A stretch of DNA of 64,000 bases from an uncultured Chloroflexia bacterium. Its GTDB lineage: Bacteria; Chloroflexota; Limnocylindria; QHBO01. The position numbers and the translations under genes are program-made. Below, one piece after another: positions 10,181 to 19,800 of this stretch. Within the stretch, counting starts at the first letter, position 1. The number at the start of each line of letters is the position of its first letter. The stretch spans positions 767,756 through 831,755 of the forward strand of contig CAVOGE010000007.1 in assembly GCA_963695195.1 (NCBI GenBank), in the 5' to 3' direction. The notes beneath the pieces were generated by a model. It ran no database searches and was not told the DNA's origin. It was given only the letters and a program-made list of their open reading frames with translations.

Positions 10181-10473
10181 CTCGGTGCGGTCACGGTGTG
10201 GACAAGCGGCTCACATCCGCGGTTCGCGCCCCGGCGGGCCGGGCGGTAATCCACACGGGGCCGACGCGGATCCCCGGTCTGTGCACTTCCCAGGCGAGGG
10301 GACCAACAGGAGCGGGCCGGTTATCCGCAGCGCACGGGAGCGCGGCGGAGCACAACAACCCACACCGTCCACAGCACTACGAGAGACGGTGACGTACAGG
10401 TATCCTTGACGAGTATCAGAGTGGTGTTGAGCCTGGTGGTGGACAAGCCGCCCCAGATGAGGTTGAGGACTCG
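10181..10473. promoter_or_regulatory. Probable oriC: DnaA-box cluster and AT-rich unwinding element between dnaA and dnaN
   Basis: 9-mers within 1-2 mismatches of TTATCCACA or its complement: TGTGGACAA (10197), TAATCCACA (10247), TTATCCGCA (10321), CCGTCCACA (10364), GGTGGACAA (about 10437). The locally AT-rich segment ggtatccttgacgagtatcagagtggtgttgag lies at 10399-10431. Confidence 0.7.
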
Positions 10474-11601
10474 ATGAACGTAACCGTGATGCAGGCAAAC
10501 CTGGCGCGCGGACTGGGCGTCGCAGGGCGCGCTGTCAGCAGTCGCGCCACCCTCCCGGTGCTGGCCAATGTGCTGCTGAAGACCGACAATGCCGGGCTGA
10601 AGCTCACGGCCACCAACCTCGAGATCGGCATCAACTGCTGGATCCCCGGCAAGGTGACCGACGAGGGAGAGATCACCGTGCCCGCCAAGCTGCTGGCCGA
10701 CCTGGTGACCTCGCTCTCACCCACGGACCCCGTCCACCTCCAGTTCTCCGCCAAGGACCGCACCCTCAAGGTCGCCTGCGGAGGAAGCCGATCGTCGATC
10801 AAGGGCATCGAGGCGGACGAGTTCCCGGTCGTCGCGGCCATCGGCGATTCACCTGCCACCACGGTCGACTCGCGAGCCCTCCGCGAGGCGCTCGGCGAGG
10901 TCGTCTTCGCGGCGGCCACCGACGAGAGCCGGCCGATCCTCACCGGGGTCCTCACCCGTTTCGCCGGAGGCGTCATGACGCTGGCGGCAGCCGATAACTA
11001 CCGGATCGCTGTCCGGACGGTTGGCCTGGCCAAGCCAGTCGCGCAGGAGATGACGATCGTCGTGCCGGCACGCTCGTATGCCGAGCTGATGCGCATCCTC
11101 CCCGACGCGGAGGAGATGATCGAGATCACCGTGACGCCGAACAAGAGCCAGATCCTCTTTCACGTGGACCAGATCGACCTCGTAAGCCGCCTTATCGAGG
11201 GGCAGTTCCCGAACTACGAGCCGGTCATTCCGACATCGCACACCAGTCGCGCCGTGCTCGACCGCGAGGCCTTTCTTGCTGGCGCCAGGCGCGCCAGCAT
11301 CTTCGCCCGCGACAGCGCGAACATCATCAAGGTCGAGTTGGGAGGCGAGGCCGGCGATGGGGTCTCTATCACGGCCCACGCAGCCGATATCGGCGACGCC
11401 TCGGACGCCGTCGAGGCTGCGGTCGAGGGCCAGGCGACCACGATCGCCTTCAACGCGCGCTACTTGATCGATGTCCTCGCCAATGTGGGGACCGAAGAGG
11501 TCGCCCTCGAGCTGTCGGGGCCGCTGGCCCCGGGCGTCGTCCGCGGGATCGGCAAGGACGAATACGTCCACGTGATCATGCCGGTCCGCACTGCGTCGTA
11601 A
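10474..11601 (+). CDS. dnaN: DNA polymerase III beta sliding clamp
   Basis: 375 aa. N-terminus MNVTVMQANLARGL, LTATNLEI and other beta-clamp hallmarks. Confidence 0.95.
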   Translation: MNVTVMQANLARGLGVAGRAVSSRATLPVLANVLLKTDNAGLKLTATNLEIGINCWIPGKVTDEGEITVPAKLLADLVTSLSPTDPVHLQFSAKDRTLKVACGGSRSSIKGIEADEFPVVAAIGDSPATTVDSRALREALGEVVFAAATDESRPILTGVLTRFAGGVMTLAAADNYRIAVRTVGLAKPVAQEMTIVVPARSYAELMRILPDAEEMIEITVTPNKSQILFHVDQIDLVSRLIEGQFPNYEPVIPTSHTSRAVLDREAFLAGARRASIFARDSANIIKVELGGEAGDGVSITAHAADIGDASDAVEAAVEGQATTIAFNARYLIDVLANVGTEEVALELSGPLAPGVVRGIGKDEYVHVIMPVRTAS

Positions 11602-11634
11602 GGGCGCGACCCGGCCGGCGCCGCGGCGGCACCG

Positions 11635-12798
11635 ATGCGCCTGACCCGCCTCCTGCTCGAGGATTTCCGCAGCTACGCGAGCGCGGAGCTGCATCCGGAG
11701 GCAGGGCTGACCATCGTCGCAGGCCCGAACGGCGCGGGAAAGACGAATCTCCTCGAGGCGATCTACGTGGCGGTCGCGGGCCGCTCGCATCGCGCCGGGC
11801 CCGACTCCGAGATGGTGCGCCACGGGCGTCCATTCAGCCGCGTCCGCCTCGACCTTGCCGACCCCGCGGGCAGCGCCACCGCGCGCGTGGAGTTGATCCT
11901 GCCCGGCGCAGAGGCACCCCCCGAGATCCGGAAGCGACTGACCGTCAACGGTGCAGCCCGGCGCGTCACGTCGGTGCACGACACCGCGCGCGTCGTCCTC
12001 TTCCGGCCCGAGGAGATGCTCCTCCTGGTCGGGGCGCCCGGCGAGCGCCGTCGATTCCTCGATGCGATCCTGGCGCAGCGCGATCGTCGAGCGGCTCGCG
12101 ACCTGGTCGAGCTGGCTCGGGTCCTCGCCCAGCGGAACGCACTCCTCCGCTCGATCCGGCGCGAGGAGACCACCGCCGACGGGCTCGACTTCTGGGACGA
12201 GGCGCTCGCCACGGTGGGAGGCAGGGTGACAGCAGCGCGCCTGGAATTGGTGCGGGAGCTCGACGACCGGATCCCCGCGCTGCATGACGCCGTGGCACCG
12301 ACCGACGAGGCCGGCGATCGCGTCCGGCTCGTCTACGTCGACACGCTGAAGGACGCGTGGGCGGACCGAACGGTGCAACCATCTGTCGAGGAACTGGTGG
12401 TCGCCTACCGGCGCCGTTTGGCGGACGTGCGGCAGAAGGAGCTGTGGAACGGCGTCTCCCTGGTCGGACCGCAGCGAGACGACCTTCGGGTCGAGCTCAC
12501 CGGGCGCGAGGTGGCGACGCACGCCAGCCGCGGTCAACAGCGCACCATCATCCTCGCCCTCAAACTGGCCGAGCGAGATCTCCTCTCCGAGGGCGGGCCG
12601 ACGCCGATCGTCCTCCTCGACGACGTGTTCAGCGAACTCGACCCGGACCGGTCCGAGCGGCTCCTGGCGATTCTCCTCGAGCGCGGGCAGGTGCTCGTCA
12701 CCATGGCCGACCTCTCGGCGCTGCCGGCGGGACGCCGCGGCCTGGCGCTCTGGCAGGTCGGGGAGGGGCGCCTCTCGCTGACGCCGCGCGTGGCGTGA
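11635..12798 (+). CDS. recF: DNA replication and repair protein RecF
   Basis: Walker A GPNGAGKTNLLEA and SMC-like signature LSGGQQRT-type region (SRGQQRTIILALKLA). Confidence 0.93.
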   Translation: MRLTRLLLEDFRSYASAELHPEAGLTIVAGPNGAGKTNLLEAIYVAVAGRSHRAGPDSEMVRHGRPFSRVRLDLADPAGSATARVELILPGAEAPPEIRKRLTVNGAARRVTSVHDTARVVLFRPEEMLLLVGAPGERRRFLDAILAQRDRRAARDLVELARVLAQRNALLRSIRREETTADGLDFWDEALATVGGRVTAARLELVRELDDRIPALHDAVAPTDEAGDRVRLVYVDTLKDAWADRTVQPSVEELVVAYRRRLADVRQKELWNGVSLVGPQRDDLRVELTGREVATHASRGQQRTIILALKLAERDLLSEGGPTPIVLLDDVFSELDPDRSERLLAILLERGQVLVTMADLSALPAGRRGLALWQVGEGRLSLTPRVA

Positions 12799-13145
12799 GT
12801 CGCGCCGAGGAGGCTGCTACGGCTGTCCAGCGCGCCCTGCTGAGCTGCGTGGGCCCGGGCGCCGCCGAGCAGATCGCGCAGGCCCAGGCGCGGTTGGCGT
12901 GGGCAGAGGCGGTGGCCGCTGCCGGCCTGGAGCGCGCCGGCATGGAGTCGCGCCTGGTCCGGGTTCGGAACGGGATCGCTGATGTCGTGGCCTCGGATCC
13001 GATTCTCGCGCAGGAGCTGACGCTTCGCGCCGACGCCCTCGTGCACGGCGTCAACGCTCGCATGGCCGGACGCCCGGGCGCGACGATCGTCCTGGTCCGA
13101 CTCGCCGTAACGGTGGGTCGTGCAGGCACCGGTCGCTCCCTATAA
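12795..13145 (+). CDS. DUF721-type small protein that follows recF
   Basis: GTG start overlaps the recF stop (GTGA). Conserved position after recF. Only the 3' 351 nt of six-frame ORF 12357..13145 is used. Confidence 0.65.
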   Translation: MSRAEEAATAVQRALLSCVGPGAAEQIAQAQARLAWAEAVAAAGLERAGMESRLVRVRNGIADVVASDPILAQELTLRADALVHGVNARMAGRPGATIVLVRLAVTVGRAGTGRSL

Positions 13146-13191
13146 TCGACCACATCCCGCCGTCTCCCGGCCACCGCTCGAGCGCAGCCCC

Positions 13192-15414
13192 ATGAGCAAT
13201 CGCCTCTCCACCCGCATCGGTCTACCGGCGGCCGACGAGCGCGGAGCCGGAGCGCTGGACATCGTTCGCTTCCGCGAGCCTGCCACGGGAGCCGAGGCGC
13301 GCACAAAGGGCTCCCTGTTCGTCGTGGCGCAACTGACGGGCGGCGGCGCCCCGCTGGCCCGGGCGGTCGGCGAGGCGCTCGAGGTGCTCGAGCGCGATTT
13401 CTACTACGACATGTCGGTCGGCGCCCTGGGCGCCCTCTCGAAGGCACTGGCGGGGGCGAATCGCCGCCTCTTCCATCAGCGCGCGCGGCTCGGGATCCCC
13501 CGGCGCGGGTCGGTGAGCGTCGTTGCCCTGGTGGTCCGCGGTCGCGAGGGGCACGTGGCGAAACTGGGACCGGCCGCGGCCGTCATCGTCCGCGGGGGCC
13601 GGATGTACGAGCTGCCACCTCCGCCGGCGGCAGCCGAGGAGGATCCCCGGATCCGGACCCGCCTTGTCGCCGAGACGCTGGGCGAAGCGCTCGAGGTTCA
13701 GCCCTTCACCTGGCAGGGAGAGCTGACACCCGACGACCGGATCGCCCTGCTCTCGCGCAACCTGGCCGACCTGGTCGGGACCGATGAACTGCAGCAGGCG
13801 ATCTCCACGCTTCGGCCGGCGGCTGCGGTGGAGCACCTCCAACAGCTCTTCCGAATCCGCGGCGGGGTCGGCTCCGACGCCGTGCTGGCACTCGAGGTGA
13901 TCGAGTTGGCGGCCACGGCCACAACCCGGCAACTCGAGGCGGTGCGCCCGGCAGAACCGCTGGCTGGCCTGCCCGACCACAGCCCGGTCCCCCTGGCCGA
14001 TGCGATCGGCTCCGGGCTCCACCGTGCCGGGGATGCGATCGACGGGGCGCAGGCTCTCATCGCCAAGGGGATCCTGTACGGGGTCAACATCCTGCTCGCT
14101 TTCGTGCCGCGCCGACGGCCGGCCTACCCCACATCGATCCCGCGAACGGCGCTTCGCGAGGAGGGCCGCCGGCGTCGTCTGGGGTTGCTGGGGATGGCGG
14201 GCGTGGCGGGGCTGATGGCGGTGGGGGCGACCGTCGCGAGTCTCCCCAATCCCGACCCGACCGACGCCATCCTGCGCGCCAGCATTGCGCGGACCGCCGT
14301 GCTCGAGGCGCAGGACCTGATCGCCACGGTCAACGAGCGCGTCGGCGGTCGCGACCTGGTCGATCGCGAACCCGAGACGGCGACCGAGCTCCTGAACGCT
14401 GCGGCAGCGGCACTCCGACGAGCCACCGACGCGGGAGTCTCCTCGGTCGACCTTGCCCCCCTCGAGCGTCGGGTGGGACGCGGGCTGGACGCCGTGTACG
14501 CGGTGACCCGGATCTCCGAGACGACCACGGTCGCGGACCTGGGCGCGGCGTTCGATGACTTCGATCCGCTCGACATGGCACTCGCCGGCGATGGCTCGCT
14601 GTGGGTGATCGAGCTGGCGCGCGGTCGGGTGGTGCGGGTCGATCCGGCGACCGGGGACTCGGTGGTGGTCTATCGGTCCGGACAGGAGCTCGTCGGGGGT
14701 ATCGCGGGGGCCCCGTGGATGCTGGCCACCGCGGCTACCGACATGGTGCTGGTCGACCGCCAGCGGCAGGCGTGGCGCTTCGACCTGGTCGAGCAGGTCG
14801 CGCATCCACTCGCCATGCGCGGCCTCGACGCCGTCTCCGCCGGCAGCCACCTCCTGGCAGCGCTGCAGCACCGACCGCCGCTTGAGATCTTCAACCTCTA
14901 CCTGGTCGACGCCGCGGCCGATGAGGTTCGCAAGTGGTCGGCCGGAAGCGTCGTCCCCGTGACGTATCCGGGCGACCCCGAGCAGTTCCTCTCGGAGGCG
15001 CCCGATCTGCCCGCCGGCGCAGCGCGCGACCTGTTGGTCGACGCCAACCTGTGGCTGCTGCATTCGGACACCGTGACGCGAGTCAACTTCGGTACACCGC
15101 TCATCCAGGAGGACTACTCGCTCGACCCACCACCCGACGCGGCCGTTCGGCGGTCGCTCGGGTACACGCTGCTGGACGCCGCAACGATCGGGGAGCGGGA
15201 GCTGTTCTACGCGTACGACGCGGCCAATGCGCGGATCATCGCCTTCCAGCGAGCCGACGGCGCCTTTGTCCGGCAGTGGCTGGCGCCCCGCGACGGCGCC
15301 GAATCCGGCCTCCTCGACACGGTCCTGGCGATGACCGTCTCCTCGGTCGCCGATGGACCTCCGGCCGCCTATCTCCTGACACCGGACCGCATCGTCCGCA
15401 TCGTCCTCGAATAG
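13192..15414 (+). CDS. Membrane protein: N-terminal PP2C-like domain with catalytic Asp residues replaced, one TM helix, about 400-aa C-terminal extracytoplasmic domain
   Basis: PP2C blocks are recognisable but degenerate. LFVVAQLTGGGAPLA stands for the usual DGMGGH block. GSVSVVALVVRG...KLGPAAAVIVRGGRMYEL stands for the GDSR block. DDRIALLSRNLADLV stands for the CSDGL block. TM is LGLLGMAGVAGLMAVGATVASL. Alternative start at 13120. Confidence 0.6.
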   Translation: MSNRLSTRIGLPAADERGAGALDIVRFREPATGAEARTKGSLFVVAQLTGGGAPLARAVGEALEVLERDFYYDMSVGALGALSKALAGANRRLFHQRARLGIPRRGSVSVVALVVRGREGHVAKLGPAAAVIVRGGRMYELPPPPAAAEEDPRIRTRLVAETLGEALEVQPFTWQGELTPDDRIALLSRNLADLVGTDELQQAISTLRPAAAVEHLQQLFRIRGGVGSDAVLALEVIELAATATTRQLEAVRPAEPLAGLPDHSPVPLADAIGSGLHRAGDAIDGAQALIAKGILYGVNILLAFVPRRRPAYPTSIPRTALREEGRRRRLGLLGMAGVAGLMAVGATVASLPNPDPTDAILRASIARTAVLEAQDLIATVNERVGGRDLVDREPETATELLNAAAAALRRATDAGVSSVDLAPLERRVGRGLDAVYAVTRISETTTVADLGAAFDDFDPLDMALAGDGSLWVIELARGRVVRVDPATGDSVVVYRSGQELVGGIAGAPWMLATAATDMVLVDRQRQAWRFDLVEQVAHPLAMRGLDAVSAGSHLLAALQHRPPLEIFNLYLVDAAADEVRKWSAGSVVPVTYPGDPEQFLSEAPDLPAGAARDLLVDANLWLLHSDTVTRVNFGTPLIQEDYSLDPPPDAAVRRSLGYTLLDAATIGERELFYAYDAANARIIAFQRADGAFVRQWLAPRDGAESGLLDTVLAMTVSSVADGPPAAYLLTPDRIVRIVLE

Positions 15415-15433
15415 CCTCATCTAGAATCCGACG

Positions 15434-15964
15434 GTGAGGCTCATCGAGATGGTCGTGGAGAGCGTGCGCGTCCACATGCTCTCCAGCCAGCACGTTGTCA
15501 TCCTGAAGGAGTCGGACAGGGACCGATACCTGCCGATCTGGATCGGTCCCTCCGAGGCGAACGCCATCGCGATGCGCCTGCAGGGGCTCAACGCGGAGCG
15601 CCCGCTCACCCACGACCTGCTGGTCAGCATCGTCGGGACGCTCAACGCATCGGTGAGCCGGGTGGTGGTCACCAGCGTGACCGAGGGTACGTTCCACGCA
15701 CGCCTGTACGTGGAAGCTGCCGACGGCAGCGAGGCCGAGATCGACTCACGCACGAGCGACGCAATCGCTGTGGCAGTGCGCACCGGGTCGACCATCTACG
15801 TGGACGAGCGCGTCCTCGACGAGGCGGGGGTCACCCCAGACCGGGCGGAGGCGGGCGACGACCCCGACGAGAAGCTGGCGGTCTTCCGCGAGTTCATCAA
15901 CTCGCTCGACGTCGACCTAGGCGGTGGCGAGAAGGGGCCGCCCCGCGAGGAGTCCGGCGGCTAG
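15434..15964 (+). CDS. Bifunctional nuclease family (BFN/DUF151) protein
   Basis: VVILKESDRDRYLPIWIGPSEANAIAMRLQG...RPLTHDL matches the BFN domain core. GTG start. Confidence 0.7.
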   Translation: MRLIEMVVESVRVHMLSSQHVVILKESDRDRYLPIWIGPSEANAIAMRLQGLNAERPLTHDLLVSIVGTLNASVSRVVVTSVTEGTFHARLYVEAADGSEAEIDSRTSDAIAVAVRTGSTIYVDERVLDEAGVTPDRAEAGDDPDEKLAVFREFINSLDVDLGGGEKGPPREESGG

Positions 15965-16755
15965 GCCGTCTCCCGGCGCGTCCCCAGCACCTGCGTTCTC
16001 CGGGTCCACAGCGCCCAGCGCAGGGCCGCCAGGTCACGGAAGGTCCGCAGGATCTTGCCGATGCTGGCACCGGTGTTGGTGCCAGCCGCCCGCGGGTAGT
16101 GGTTGACGCCCACCTGGGCGGAACGCACGCCGCGGGCACGCAGCTTGATGAGCAACTCGGCCGACAGGAACGGCCCGTCGGCGTCCAGACGCAGGCCGTC
16201 GAAGACCTCGCGGCGGAAGAGCTTCATGGCGCAGTCGATGTCGCGCACGCGCAGGCCGAAGGCGACCGAGACGATGGCGTTGTAGGTCTTGGCGATGAAG
16301 ATCCGGTGGAACGGATCGCGCCGCTTGATGCGGTAGCCGATCACCGCGTCGACCGGCTTTCGGTCATCGGCCAATCGGTCGAGCAGGCGGCTCATCTCGC
16401 GCAGGTCGAACTGCAGATCACCGTCCGAGAAGCAGATCAGCTCGCCGCGCGCCTGCTCGAACCCCGCCTTCAGGGCGCCGCCGTAGCCTCGATTGACCTG
16501 GTGGTGGACGCGCACCCTCGGATCGGCGGCGGCCAGGGCATCGGCCATCGCCGGCGTGCTGTCGGTTGAGCCGTCATCGATGGCCAGGACCTCGATTGAG
16601 CTGACGAGGGGGCCGATCTCGGCCAGCGCCCGCTCGACGGTCCGCTCGATGTTCTCCTGCTCGTTGTAGGCGGGGAAGAAGAAGGTGAGCGCCGGCCGGG
16701 CGTCGTCGGACGGCGCCGAGGATGGAGCGGGGGACGGGTTCGGGTCGTGGGTCAC
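15961..16755 (-). CDS. GT2 family polyprenol-phosphate glycosyltransferase (Ppm1/DPM1-like)
   Basis: GTG start 4 nt after a perfect AAGGAGG. LAIDDGSTDST and the DxD region FSDGDLQFD are GT-A motifs. The upstream part of six-frame ORF 15961..18432 is not coding. Confidence 0.85.
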   Translation of the reverse strand: MTHDPNPSPAPSSAPSDDARPALTFFFPAYNEQENIERTVERALAEIGPLVSSIEVLAIDDGSTDSTPAMADALAAADPRVRVHHQVNRGYGGALKAGFEQARGELICFSDGDLQFDLREMSRLLDRLADDRKPVDAVIGYRIKRRDPFHRIFIAKTYNAIVSVAFGLRVRDIDCAMKLFRREVFDGLRLDADGPFLSAELLIKLRARGVRSAQVGVNHYPRAAGTNTGASIGKILRTFRDLAALRWALWTRRTQVLGTRRETA

Positions 16756-16887
16756 GCGACCTCCTTGCAGCGGGTCCGCCGTACCGTAGCGCAACCGCTC
16801 GGGGAGCGGGGCCGTCAAAGGGTCGATGTATACTCCGGCCCACCTTGGCCCACGACCGCAGGCGCCCCTGACCGGGTGCCCCCACCG

Positions 16888-19800
16888 ATGACCCGCGACT
16901 CCGTGAGGGAGCGGGGCGCGAGGCCATTCGACCGCGGCCTGCCGCTCGATCCCGCCACGTTGGTGATCCTCCTGATCGCACTGGGGGTGCTTCTTCGCGC
17001 CTTCATCGGCGGGGTCTTCGTGCCACTCTCCGGCTTCCGGATCGACGTCGGCGACTTCTCGGCCTGGGCCCAGCGGCTGGCCGCTGGCGGACCGGGCGAG
17101 TTCTACCAGGCCGACTACTTCAGTGACTACCCGCCCGGCTACATGTACGTGCTGTGGCTGCTCGGCTCGATCGGGGAGTGGCTGCGCCCGGTCTTCGGCC
17201 TGTCGATCACCCCTGGGCTGGTGAAGGTGCCCGGCATCCTGGCCGACGCGGGCGTCGCCTGGGTCCTGTTCATCTACGCCCGACGGTTCGGAGACCGATG
17301 GCTCGGCGGCTGGGGTGGCGAACGGATCGGCGTGGTCGCGGCGACGATCTACCTCTTCAACCCCGGCACCATCTTCAACGCATCGGTCTGGGGCCAGGTC
17401 GACTCGGTGGGGACGCTCGCCATCCTCGCAACGCTCTACCTTCTCGCTCGCGGCTGGACCGAGGCTGCCGCGGTGGGCGCCGTCGTGGCGCTGCTGGTGA
17501 AGTTCCAGTTCGCCTTCCTGATCCCGATCGTCGCCATCGTCGGCATCAAGCGACACCTCTTCGGCGGCTCGTCGGACCCGGAGCAGGACGGCCGCGGCGA
17601 CCCGCTTCGCGTGCTCACCTCGCTCGCGGCGGGTCTCGGAACGCTGGTCGTGCTGATCCTGCCGTTCGGGCTGGCTGTCTGGGCTCCAGCGGATCGCGCT
17701 CACTCGCTGATCGGGAAGTTCCTTGACGCGGCCGACACGTACAAGGGCCTCTCGATCAACGGGTTCAACCTGTGGCGTAACCCGTGGAGCGGACTGGGCG
17801 ACTCGTTGCAGTGGGGATGCGACGTCGCCCCGCCGACATGCCCCGACGGGCAAGGCATTGCTGTCGTGCTCGGCTCGTTTCCCGTCACCTGGCAGCTGGT
17901 GGGCACCGTCCTGTTCGCGCTCGCCGCCCTCATCGCGCTCTGGCAGATCGCGCGCCGCGACGACGCGACGGGCCTTCTCGTCGGTGCGCTGGTGCTGGCG
18001 GTGGCCTTCTACGCGCTCCCCACCCGCGTTCACGAGCGATACCTCTTCCCGGCGCTGGCGCTGGCTGCCCCGCTGGTGCTGCTGGGGCGGCGATGGATGG
18101 TCCTGTACGCGGCCCTGACCGTCGCGTTCTTTGCCAACGTCTACTGGGTCTACACGGCTGACTGGTCGTGGGCGGGAGGCAGCGTCATGAACCCGGGGCT
18201 GAACGGGGCTCCCATGCCACGCGACCCGCTGCTGGCCCAGTTCCTGTTCAACGATACCGGGATCTATCTGCTGTCGGCCGGGATCGTCGTCGTCCTCGTC
18301 TGGCTGCTCGTGCAGTCGGCGGGGATGGCGGTTCGCGCGAGCGATCTGGTCCTGGCCCCCATGCGTTCGAGCCCGCCGCCTGCCCCGGCCAGCCCGTTGC
18401 CCGAGCCGCAACTGCCGCAGCCTGCCACGCATGCGCCGATCCCTCGCAACCGACCACCCTTCCGTTCACAGGTGCGCCACCTGCTCCGCCGTGACCCGAC
18501 CGACCCGTACGCTTCGGAGCCGTCGCGGCGACTCGACCGACGTGATGCCCTGCTGCTCCTTGGACTCGTGCTCTTCGCCCTCGTCTTCCGCCTGTGGCGG
18601 CTTGACTTCCCGCGCCACTTCCACTTCGACGAGGTGTACCACGCGCGCACCGCGACCGAGATGCTCTCCGACTGGCAGGAGGGCTGGACCCGAGACACGT
18701 ACGAGTGGACGCACCCGCAACTGGCGAAGTACCTGATCGCGGCCGGGATCGCGGCGGTCGACCCCAACAAGGTGCTCGGCAGGACCGAGCTGGACGCGCC
18801 GGCCACGTCGCTGGCGGTCGCGCCCCAGCGCAGCGCCGAGGGGCGCCCCGCGTCGATCGTCTTCGCGTCCGCCGGAGACGAGACGATCACGGCCCGAGAG
18901 GTCACGTCGGGGACGGTGGTGTCGAGCTGGACGCTGAGCAGCCCGGTTGCCAGTCTCGCGTACGACGAAGACGCCAACCGGTTGCTCGTCGGGTTGGCCG
19001 ACACCGGGACCGTATCGGTGTTTGATCTGACCGCATTCCTGGGCCAGCTTGGTGAGCGGGGGCCGCCGCCGGGCGTGGCGCAGATCGAGACCGGGTTGGC
19101 CGGTATCCCCGAGATCGTCATGCCGCAGGGCCAGCCGATCATCCTCTTCCGCGGCAGCGACGGGATCGCCGAGGTGGAGCGCGAGACGGGCGCCCAGATC
19201 GCGTTCTCCAGCCTGGTCGCGAGTGGCATCGGCTACGTGCCGGCCGGCTCCGGCGAGGACGGCGCGCCGGCGCGCGTCGTCGCCATCGACCTGTCGAGCG
19301 GAAGCCTGGTGGCGCTCGACGCCGGCTCGCTCCAGCTTGATACCGGGGTGATCGGCAGCGACGGACGACTGTTCCTGCGCGCCCCTCCGACGGGACCGAT
19401 CATGGTCCAGGCGCGGGGCAAGGACACGCAGGTCTGGGTTCCGATCGGACCACTCCCCGCTGACGACGAGCACGGCCCCGTTGCCGGGGGCCTGACCGTT
19501 TTCGACGAGAAGCTGTCCGAGATCGACACGGTCCCGCTACCCGGCACCCCGCGACTGATCGGCTGGCAGTTCGTGGCCAACATCGTCTACGTCGCGGGGA
19601 CCGATCCGGCCACCGGCGAGGGCGAGGCATGGGCGGTGATGCCGCACGGCAACGGCGGCTCGCAGAGTGTTGGGTTCGCCGCATTCGACACGAGTCCGCT
19701 GCTGGGGGAGCCGCTGGCACTTGGGTTCGACATCTCCGACCACGCGGAGGGCGACGATCACGGTCGGCTGCTCGTCTCAACGAACGCATCGGCGGGCGCG

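Noticed and set aside
10849-12537. 562-aa minus-strand ORF antisense to dnaN/recF
   Set aside because: It overlaps two well-supported plus-strand genes. Its composition is Arg/Ala/Gly-rich with no motifs. High-GC artefact.
12357-12794. N-terminal 146 codons of six-frame ORF 12357..13145
   Set aside because: This part is out-of-frame overlap with recF. Only the segment after GTG 12795 (DUF721) is conserved-looking.
13222-15420. 732-aa minus-strand ORF antisense to the pseudo-PP2C gene
   Set aside because: Low-complexity Arg/Gly/Asp-rich translation. The plus-strand frame carries recognisable PP2C blocks and a TM helix. Rejected as antisense artefact.
16756-18432. Upstream 560 codons of the 823-aa minus-strand six-frame ORF 15961..18432
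   Set aside because: Only the 3' 265 codons (GT2 enzyme, GTG start after AAGGAGG at 16755) carry motifs. The rest is antisense to the GT-C gene and typical of high-GC open antisense frames.
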